Source of the DNA: a virus
Lineage: Duplodnaviria; Caudoviricetes
Length of the DNA stretch: 64,000 nt
Reading direction: 5' to 3' (one strand)
Virus record (IMG/VR): IMGVR_UViG_3300031786_000572
Location: 1 to 64,000 of that record
The notes below the pieces were generated by a model. The model was given only the letters and a program-made list of their open reading frames with translations, made no database searches and was not told where the DNA came from. This document shows, one piece after another, positions 9,145 through 16,056 of the stretch. The translations under genes were made by a program, and so were the position numbers. Each line of letters opens with the position of its first letter. Positions within the stretch are counted from its first letter, which is position 1.

Positions 9145-9468
9145 ATGCAAAACACAATTAACACGAAGTTCAAGATTAACACAGCAGCTGTTGTTACAGC
9201 TCTAAACAAAATTGGAAAAGCAACTGTTATTATTGCTGCGATTGCCATAGGTTTCATTTCAGGTGATATCTATAACAACTACAAAAACCACACAAAAATG
9301 TCGAGTATGCAGAATGCTCGCAAAACTGATGAAACTTCAGTTGCAGTCAATGAACGTGGTGAATTAATGATCATTGACAGAAAAACCGGAGCATACACTC
9401 TGTATGAAAACGGATTAGGACAATCTATCTTCAACATCTACGCAAACCGTATCTATCAGAAAAAATAA
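9145..9468 (+). CDS. Putative single-pass membrane protein
   Basis: Hydrophobic segment ATVIIAAIAIGFISG. Confidence 0.7.
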   Translation: MQNTINTKFKINTAAVVTALNKIGKATVIIAAIAIGFISGDIYNNYKNHTKMSSMQNARKTDETSVAVNERGELMIIDRKTGAYTLYENGLGQSIFNIYANRIYQKK

Positions 9469-9476
9469 TAGAGCCT

Positions 9477-9992
9477 ATGAAGGATATGCTAAAATCACTG
9501 ATCATTTTTATGATCGTGGGGTTGGCCGCCTTCTGGCTTTACATGAAGAACGAAACAACCTTCAAATTGCCAGATGCGCCCGTGATAGACCAAACGTCCC
9601 CACCGTGTCTGCAAATGTATTATCTCATAGATAAGTACGCAGAGCAATATGACATCCCAAGAAAATATGCTTATGGGATTGCTTATTGTGAAACCCGTTA
9701 TACGAATCCATTTCAATGGAATTACAATCATAAGCAAACTTCTTTTGCTGGAGCAGTTGGTCCTATGCAGGTCATGGTCCCTACTGCAAGAATGATGTGG
9801 CCAGGAAAGAAATTCACAAAAGCGGATTTAAAAGATAACATACAATTTAACGTTGAGACAAGTATGAAACTACTTAGGTACTTGCACAACAGATATGGAA
9901 ATTGGAAACTTGTCTTTGGTGCTTATAATACTGGAAGACCTATGGTTAACCAATATGCACTTAATGTTTATAACTACAATCTAAAATTCTAA
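9477..9992 (+). CDS. Lytic transglycosylase (SLT domain) with N-terminal membrane anchor
   Basis: IAYCET (catalytic Glu), AVGPMQV and GAYNTG motifs; hydrophobic N-terminus. Confidence 0.88.
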   Translation: MKDMLKSLIIFMIVGLAAFWLYMKNETTFKLPDAPVIDQTSPPCLQMYYLIDKYAEQYDIPRKYAYGIAYCETRYTNPFQWNYNHKQTSFAGAVGPMQVMVPTARMMWPGKKFTKADLKDNIQFNVETSMKLLRYLHNRYGNWKLVFGAYNTGRPMVNQYALNVYNYNLKF

Positions 9993-9993
9993 C

Positions 9994-10236
9994 ATGAAAA
10001 AAGTATTACTTATTTTATTTGTCATGGTCGGGTGTGAAAGAGCACCCGACTTTGTCAAAGATGGCAAAAGCTATTGGATAAACACTCGTTGTGTTAAGTC
10101 ACATAGTGAAAGTAAATTTGGACCGCATTATGGGTATAACGTAATGAAAGGAAAATATGAATGGCACAATGGAACTTACACTCATACTATTTGTGATAGT
10201 TCTGTTACTGATACAATAGAAATTCCAAAGAAGTAA
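9994..10236 (+). CDS. Putative lipoprotein
   Basis: MKKVLLILFVMVGC signal/lipobox. Confidence 0.65.
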   Translation: MKKVLLILFVMVGCERAPDFVKDGKSYWINTRCVKSHSESKFGPHYGYNVMKGKYEWHNGTYTHTICDSSVTDTIEIPKK

Positions 10237-10238
10237 AG

Positions 10239-10303
10239 TTTAACAAAAATTTAACATTTAGAATTTGCTTTGCTTATATAAATTGGTTAATTTTAACTAT
10301 CAA
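10239..10303 (+). promoter_or_regulatory. Host-type early promoter with TTAACA-N5-TTAACA direct repeat
   Basis: TTAACA at 10240 and 10251; TTTG(10264)-N20-TAATTTTA(10288)-ACTATCAA. Confidence 0.75.
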
Positions 10304-10322
10304 TATTAAACAAACACATATT

Positions 10323-10556
10323 ATGGAAAATGTTACCAATGCAATTTTAACTGCTCTATTACAGAAACTTGGTCAACCTTATACAATCGAAGGTTCTGTC
10401 TTAATCATTAATCCTACATCGTCTCCACTATTAGAGATCTTGCCTGGAGAATGGGTTAACACTGAAGATACTACTCAGTTACATGTAGATCTTAATACAT
10501 TCGATGCCATCGATTATATGACGGGAATTATCAATTCATTAGCAAAAACTATCTAA
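10323..10556 (+). CDS. Hypothetical protein
   Basis: 77-aa ORF after a promoter. Confidence 0.7.
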   Translation: MENVTNAILTALLQKLGQPYTIEGSVLIINPTSSPLLEILPGEWVNTEDTTQLHVDLNTFDAIDYMTGIINSLAKTI

Positions 10557-10568
10557 TACTTATTCATT

Positions 10569-10865
10569 ATGAAAAATCAAATTAACAATCAAGCAGATTT
10601 CTTAAATGTTACTCTTAATCAAGTATCTCAAATTTATGTCGGGAAAGACCATTGTTGCCGATGTGGATGTGGAGGAACTTATGTTTCAACTTCATTCATG
10701 AAAGACGCAAGGAGCGATGTAAATGATTCGTTAGCTCAACGCAGATTAACCAAAGCACAAAAATTAGTTAGAGAAGGTGCATTTGCAGAATATGAAGGAT
10801 CTTATGCAAACATTGTTTCTGGAGATAACCGAGCAATCTGTATCTACTTTGACGAAATTGCATAA
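10569..10865 (+). CDS. Hypothetical protein with a CCRCGCGG motif
   Basis: 98-aa ORF containing YVGKDHCCRCGCGGTY. Confidence 0.7.
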   Translation: MKNQINNQADFLNVTLNQVSQIYVGKDHCCRCGCGGTYVSTSFMKDARSDVNDSLAQRRLTKAQKLVREGAFAEYEGSYANIVSGDNRAICIYFDEIA

Positions 10866-10880
10866 GTAAATTTTAATATC

Positions 10881-11123
10881 ATGAGTAAAACTAAAAAATT
10901 CGTTGTACTTGAGCATTTACTAATGCCGGACAGAGGTTTCCGTTTTTGGACTACCAATACAGAAAATAACACACATCTAAATACCGGTGAATTAGCTTAC
11001 AAGGAAATCTTGTTTACTGATGATACGGAGGAAGCTATTAAAGTTTCCGGTCAATCAAATAGAGAAGCAATCCCTACTATGAGAGAGATTGAAGAATACG
11101 TTAAACAAAAATACCAAAGTTAA
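10881..11123 (+). CDS. Hypothetical protein
   Basis: 80-aa ORF with TAATG coupling to the next gene. Confidence 0.7.
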   Translation: MSKTKKFVVLEHLLMPDRGFRFWTTNTENNTHLNTGELAYKEILFTDDTEEAIKVSGQSNREAIPTMREIEEYVKQKYQS

Positions 11124-11593
11124 TGAGAGTCGCATATTTACATGGCCTTGAGGCGCCGCATAAAACAGTTAAAAATGAATACCTGTCTGAAACATTTGAG
11201 TTCGTCTATGATCCTCCAATGAATTACAAAGATCTTGGTTTATTTGGTACAGTACTGCAAGGTGTAAAAGAACATAAAATAGATCTTATAATTGGTTCTT
11301 CAATGGGTGGATTCTTTGCTCATAGACTTTCCACGCTTACAGGTATTCCTGTTTTACTTTTTAATCCTGCCGTTGTTGACCGTAGTTTTGATCCCGTTTC
11401 CCACATGGGTGTTGAACGCGCAGAACATACAATTGTATTAGGTGCACATGATACTGTAATAAACCCAATCAAATCTTTGGATTACTTTAAATCATGGGGT
11501 GCTAATCCTGGGCATATTCATATAGAAAATACAATGGAACATAGGATTCCACTTGATGTATTCAAAAAATATGTTAATAACTTTGTGAAATAA
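11123..11593 (+). CDS. Alpha/beta-hydrolase, YqiA/YcfP (UPF0227)-like esterase
   Basis: YLHGL, IIGSSMGG nucleophile elbow, LLFNPAV, D and H triad candidates (GAHDTVI, MEHRI). Confidence 0.85.
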   Translation: MRVAYLHGLEAPHKTVKNEYLSETFEFVYDPPMNYKDLGLFGTVLQGVKEHKIDLIIGSSMGGFFAHRLSTLTGIPVLLFNPAVVDRSFDPVSHMGVERAEHTIVLGAHDTVINPIKSLDYFKSWGANPGHIHIENTMEHRIPLDVFKKYVNNFVK

Positions 11594-11635
11594 AATTTGC
11601 ATAGTTCAATCTATTTGGTTAATTTTAACTATCAA
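11572..11635 (+). promoter_or_regulatory. Host-type early promoter with TGTTAATAACTT box
   Basis: TTTG(11596)-N20-TAATTTTA(11620)-ACTATCAA; the upstream box lies in the last codons of the esterase gene. Confidence 0.75.
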
Positions 11636-11652
11636 ATTAAAACAACCATTAT

Positions 11653-11913
11653 ATGAAATCATACGTTTCAACTTATTACGATACTCAAAACCAAGCCTTG
11701 GAGGCTGTGTACGCTGAAATTGCTCGAGAAAATCGTTATGAAATTGTTTTTCCTGACAATATCTGGACCGAACACGTAGCCTACGGTCATACTGTGTTTT
11801 ACAATCTGGAGTTAAAAGTAAAAAGAACTGGGAACCCTGATAAAAAATTTTTACATATCACACTATATAGAATGCCTTCAGGTTCTTATGAATTAAATTT
11901 TTACAAAGCATAA
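11653..11913 (+). CDS. Hypothetical protein
   Basis: 86-aa ORF after a promoter. Confidence 0.72.
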   Translation: MKSYVSTYYDTQNQALEAVYAEIARENRYEIVFPDNIWTEHVAYGHTVFYNLELKVKRTGNPDKKFLHITLYRMPSGSYELNFYKA

Positions 11914-11960
11914 GAACTATTTTAATTAATCTAAATATAAACAATACTAAATACTTATCT

Positions 11961-13100
11961 ATGAATCACAACCAAGAAGTTATTGAGCAAATCCAAAAAG
12001 GATCTGCTGAGTTCCTTGAAAGACTAGCAGACAGATCTACAAGTGAACTAAAAATTAAAGATTTAGAAATTGATGCTAAAGGTATCTCTCACAATGGTAT
12101 TCCGGTGAAAGATAAAGCGTTGGACAAAATCTTTGGAATGTTAAGAGTTAAGAAAAACTTTTCTGACTTTGCCAACAAAATGACAGAAGAAGATTGGCGT
12201 TCTGTATCAAACAAATTAAAAACCGTTGAAGGTGACGTAAAAATGTTTGGCTCTGTAATTAAAGACGAGCAAGGTAATCAAGAAATTATTGACGTACTAC
12301 CTTTTAAAGACGGAAAGAAAAATGAAGATGATGCTTCTTATCGTCAGTATTTTGATTGGATTACTACATCTTTGGAAGAGTCTGAAAAAGAATACACATT
12401 AAAATCCCTAAACTTTGACAATCGTAAAGACGATGTTGAACTTATCTTATTAAACCAATCTGAAACTGTAGATGTTTTTGGAACTGATGCTGACCTATGG
12501 AAAATGGGTGATCGTTTTGCTTTTAATGGATTACAGTTTAACTATGCTCCTTTCTTTGAGCGATTGGTGTGTACAAATGGAAACACTGCCAATCAATTTG
12601 GTTTTGGTGCCAACATTTCTAAAAATACATTCAATAACAAGAAAATCCAATCTGTTATTGAGAAATCTATCAAGTTTCATTCAGAAACTATGCCTGCTAC
12701 TCTTGAGCAAGCTGTACAACATTTAAAAGCAAATAACATTTCAATTAAAGAATTTTATCAATTCCGTGAATTTTTCTCAAGCAGAAATGTTGACGGAGTT
12801 TATGATAGATTACTGTTAGATTACTTTGATGATAAACCATTCTATAAAGGATATGGTATGGACATTGCTTCAAAATCTCGTAAATGGAAAGGTACTGCTG
12901 ACTCAGGTATTAATGCTTATGATTACTTCAATGCATTAACTTATATTGCGAGTCACCCAGACGAGATTAAGTTAATTAATAATCACAGAGCTGAGTTACA
13001 AATTCATGCGTCTGACTTGTTATTCAAAAAAGAATTAGATCTTGAGGATATTGCAACTGGTGTAAAAATTGATTACCCACGTTTAATAATCATGAACTAA
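11961..13100 (+). CDS. DUF932-like protein
   Basis: PFFERLVCTNG motif (RxxCxNG is typical of the DUF932/DUF945 families). Confidence 0.65.
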   Translation: MNHNQEVIEQIQKGSAEFLERLADRSTSELKIKDLEIDAKGISHNGIPVKDKALDKIFGMLRVKKNFSDFANKMTEEDWRSVSNKLKTVEGDVKMFGSVIKDEQGNQEIIDVLPFKDGKKNEDDASYRQYFDWITTSLEESEKEYTLKSLNFDNRKDDVELILLNQSETVDVFGTDADLWKMGDRFAFNGLQFNYAPFFERLVCTNGNTANQFGFGANISKNTFNNKKIQSVIEKSIKFHSETMPATLEQAVQHLKANNISIKEFYQFREFFSSRNVDGVYDRLLLDYFDDKPFYKGYGMDIASKSRKWKGTADSGINAYDYFNALTYIASHPDEIKLINNHRAELQIHASDLLFKKELDLEDIATGVKIDYPRLIIMN

Positions 13101-13152
13101 AAAGAATAGTCCAAAGAAAAGCATCTGCTTCATTTAGGACTTGTGTGTGGTC

Positions 13153-13183
13153 AAGGACTCTCCCATAGGAGAGTCCTTTTTTT
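13153..13183 (+). terminator. Rho-independent terminator
   Basis: AAGGACTCTCC-cata-GGAGAGTCCTT perfect 11-bp stem plus T run. Confidence 0.9.
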
Positions 13184-13199
13184 ATACATTTCTATTAAT

Positions 13200-13209
13200 G
13201 AATATATAA
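13200..13209 (+). promoter_or_regulatory. Putative late-type promoter (GAATATATAA)
   Basis: Between the terminator and the start of the capsid-targeted protein cluster. Confidence 0.5.
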
Positions 13210-13228
13210 AGAAAATATTACAACACTA

Positions 13229-14398
13229 ATGCTGAATTACACAGACTTTTTAATTGAGACATATGACGTTCAACACAATGCAAAATCCAAAGAAGCATTT
13301 CTTATGGCTTGCGCAGTTAAAGGTGGTGCATCACTTGAGGAAAGTGAATCTTTAATGTTCTTTATTAATGAAGGGTTTGTTAATGATCTTTTTGAAACTT
13401 GCTTATCTGTAAACGAAGAAAGTTTTGCTGAAAAGTTTAAAGCACTCGCTGCTGCGGCAAAAGAAAAGATTAAAGAAAAAGGAAAAGAATACGCAGACAA
13501 ACTTGGCGCAAAATCTCAAGCAGCATTAAAATTTGGTGGACAAATCTTATCACCGCTTAAAGCTGTCTTAGGTAAAATTAAAGAAATTTTAGCTAAAGCG
13601 TGGGAAATGACAAAAGATGCTGCTCGCTCTTCTGTTGAAAAAGCAAAAGAAAAGATTAAAGAAAAGATTAAACCGTATCTTAAAGATTCAGATAAAAGAA
13701 AAAAGATTTCTGAAGAAATCAAAAATTTATCTGCTATGGGAACTGCTGTTGCAACTTGGGCATCGGGTGGATTTCCTAGTACATTAGCTAAAGCCAGTCA
13801 AACTGCCGCTACTACAGAAGAATCATATGATTACCTTGCTGCGTTTGAGTCAGCTTTTTATTATGCAGCAGCTGAAACGCTAAACGAAAACTATACCATA
13901 GATGAAATACTTGCAGAGTGTAAACTTTTTGAAAGTGAACACGGCGAAGCAAAAGGTGGATTACAGATTCCATTCATTTCGTCAATTATGAATAAACTTG
14001 CACACATGCCGCCTTTCTCGGTGTTCCATAAGATTGAAGCTAAAGTTTCTAAAGCAGCGGACACAGGATTGGAAAGAATGTCAATACTTGCTACTAAAAT
14101 TGCTGGAGCACCTGGACCGTTTAAATTTCCTGTAGTTGCTGGAATAGTTGGAATTGCTGCTGGATATCTTGCAGAGACAACATTTAAAAGTGGTATTATT
14201 AGCTTACAGGATTTAGCGGCAAAAGGACTTGGGTTTGCTATTCCAGGATTTGGTATGGCAATTAAGTTTATGAAATACGGAGGTCTTGCTTTAGCAATTT
14301 ACGGAGTTTTAAACGAACTTGTTGGCGGTGAAGGTAAAGATAAGAAAGAAGAAACCGAACCTAAAGAAGAAACCAAGAAAGATGAAGAAACTAATTAA
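13229..14398 (+). CDS. Putative internal head protein with C-terminal hydrophobic helices
   Basis: N-terminus MLNYTDFLIE resembles the T4 capsid-targeting sequence; Gly/Ala-rich hydrophobic C-terminal segments. Confidence 0.6.
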   Translation: MLNYTDFLIETYDVQHNAKSKEAFLMACAVKGGASLEESESLMFFINEGFVNDLFETCLSVNEESFAEKFKALAAAAKEKIKEKGKEYADKLGAKSQAALKFGGQILSPLKAVLGKIKEILAKAWEMTKDAARSSVEKAKEKIKEKIKPYLKDSDKRKKISEEIKNLSAMGTAVATWASGGFPSTLAKASQTAATTEESYDYLAAFESAFYYAAAETLNENYTIDEILAECKLFESEHGEAKGGLQIPFISSIMNKLAHMPPFSVFHKIEAKVSKAADTGLERMSILATKIAGAPGPFKFPVVAGIVGIAAGYLAETTFKSGIISLQDLAAKGLGFAIPGFGMAIKFMKYGGLALAIYGVLNELVGGEGKDKKEETEPKEETKKDEETN

Positions 14399-14570
14399 AA
14401 CATACGAAGAATTTATTGGAGATGAAACTACCGATAAATTAAAGGCTCAAGCATTAGCCCAAGCTGCTGAAGACGGTGATGTTGATTACTTTGCTGGCCC
14501 CGAAAGCGGTGAAGATAGTACATCAGGATCTGATGATAGCGATAGTTCAGGCAACGAAATGGGTATATAA
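14382..14570 (+). CDS. Small acidic putative internal head protein (start corrected to ATG 14382)
   Basis: MKKLIKTYEEFIGDE is close to the T4 CTS MKTYQEFIAE. Confidence 0.65.
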   Translation: MKKLIKTYEEFIGDETTDKLKAQALAQAAEDGDVDYFAGPESGEDSTSGSDDSDSSGNEMGI

Positions 14571-14588
14571 AAAATAAGTAAATACAAA

Positions 14589-14912
14589 ATGGGAGTAATT
14601 AAAAATTTTAGCGACTTCGTTAAAGAAACCGAAACTTTAGGTTCTGACGAAATTAAAGCAACAAAACCAACTGCATTATCTGAAGCATTATGTGAAAAGT
14701 TAAAAAGCTGTATGGAAATGGCAATGGCTGAATGTAACGAATGGCATAATGATGAAAACACAGATCATACAGCGGATGGATATCTTTCTGAGTGTGACTC
14801 TTACATGAAAGAATGTATGGAAGGACTTAGATCAAGCTGTGAAGGACTTATGAATATGCCAGATGCCCCAGATGGAGATATGCGTCAAGGAAACACACAA
14901 GATTTAAACTAA
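14589..14912 (+). CDS. Putative internal head protein
   Basis: N-terminus MGVIKNFSDFVKE; acidic, Cys/Met-rich body. Confidence 0.6.
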   Translation: MGVIKNFSDFVKETETLGSDEIKATKPTALSEALCEKLKSCMEMAMAECNEWHNDENTDHTADGYLSECDSYMKECMEGLRSSCEGLMNMPDAPDGDMRQGNTQDLN

Positions 14913-14913
14913 T

Positions 14914-15255
14914 ATGGCAAAGATTTTAGAGTTTTCAGATTTCGTAACTGAAAAGAAAAATAAAGGTCTGTGGGCTAACATTCACGCAAAAAGAAAACGC
15001 GGTGAAAAACCAGCTAAACCAGGTGATGAAGATTACCCGGATGAAAAGGCGTGGAAAGCTGCGCAAGAAAGTGAAAATGGAGATCATGAGGTTTCAATGG
15101 CAGGTGCTCAATTAGATGACATCATTAAAAATGCTGCTGAGTTAAAAGCAAAGATCGGTAATATGGAAATGGACATACCAGCTTGGTGTCAAGATCATAT
15201 TTCACAAGCACAAAATTTTATAAACCAGGCAAACACTGGGTTTGATGAAAAGTAA
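14914..15255 (+). CDS. Putative internal head protein
   Basis: N-terminus MAKILEFSDFVTE; GLWANIHAKRKRGEKPAKPG and DHEVSMA modules, recalled from T4-like phage head-associated proteins. Confidence 0.62.
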   Translation: MAKILEFSDFVTEKKNKGLWANIHAKRKRGEKPAKPGDEDYPDEKAWKAAQESENGDHEVSMAGAQLDDIIKNAAELKAKIGNMEMDIPAWCQDHISQAQNFINQANTGFDEK

Positions 15256-15273
15256 CATTTTAAAACAATCAAT

Positions 15274-15495
15274 ATGAATCACTGGACAGTAAGAGTACGT
15301 GTGACAACTGAGGATTTAGACTCAGGAAAATTAAGAGCAAGAGTAGAAACATATCTTATTCAAGCAGAAACAATAGAAGCAGCACAAACACTAGTTCGTG
15401 AATACTTCAAAGGAATGACAATGGATCATGAGATCCGCAGCATTAGTGGTAGCAATATAATTGAATACATTTCAGCTGAAACACTAAACCAATAA
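15274..15495 (+). CDS. DUF4494-like small protein
   Basis: W.VRVR...E..DSGK.RARVETYLIQAETIEAAQ pattern resembles the Bacteroidota DUF4494 family. Confidence 0.55.
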   Translation: MNHWTVRVRVTTEDLDSGKLRARVETYLIQAETIEAAQTLVREYFKGMTMDHEIRSISGSNIIEYISAETLNQ

Positions 15496-15510
15496 GAACC
15501 GTTTATAGGA

Positions 15511-15582
15511 ATGAAACACATTAGTACATTTGAATCTTTATTAGTGTTTAATCCACAAAAGAATCTGCATATAGTAAAGTAA
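15511..15582 (+). pseudogene. Truncated remnant of a capsid-targeted protein gene (MKHISTFESLLVFNPQKNLHIVK*)
   Basis: N-terminus resembles MKHIQSYESF/MKHIKLYEDY; the ORF ends just before the cassette repeat. Confidence 0.3.
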
Positions 15583-15600
15583 ATGAATTATTAAAGCAAA

Positions 15601-15688
15601 TTGTTAATAACTTTAGTCCCGCAAATTTTTATTTGTGGGTTTTTTGTATTAATTTTAACTATCAATTTAAAACTATACACAATATGAA
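15601..15688 (+). repeat. 88-bp terminator/promoter cassette, copy 2
   Basis: 85/88 identical to 7796-7883; hairpin CCCGCAAAT-tttt-ATTTGTGGG plus T6; TAATTTTA at 15650. Confidence 0.95.
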
Positions 15689-16004
15689 ATCAATGCAAGA
15701 TTACTTAGAGCAAGACGGAAACATCGGATTTAACATTTCAATCTATAATCGTTTCTCTACTATTGGTGATTCTTCATACGCTAGTATCTGCGGAGGATTT
15801 ATTGACGGTGTCTATCAATGGGCAGATCATAACATTGATGATGTAACCGAAGTGTCTAATCATAAATACACCGGCTGGATTATTCTGTTTAGTTCGGGTG
15901 CTGAGCGCCGAGTGTATATTCCTAACTGGGTTATGGATGTTAAACCAAGAGATTGGAAACATGCCAAAAACTTGTTTAACAAGTATCTTCAAGTTAAACA
16001 ATAA
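15684..16004 (+). CDS. Hypothetical protein, 106 aa (start corrected to ATG 15684)
   Basis: The track's start lies inside the repeat; this ATG is at the same offset as in copy 1. Confidence 0.72.
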   Translation: MKSMQDYLEQDGNIGFNISIYNRFSTIGDSSYASICGGFIDGVYQWADHNIDDVTEVSNHKYTGWIILFSSGAERRVYIPNWVMDVKPRDWKHAKNLFNKYLQVKQ

Positions 16005-16056
16005 GCAATATAAATGACATTAAAGCAACTTTAATTTACCTTAAAATATTATACCT

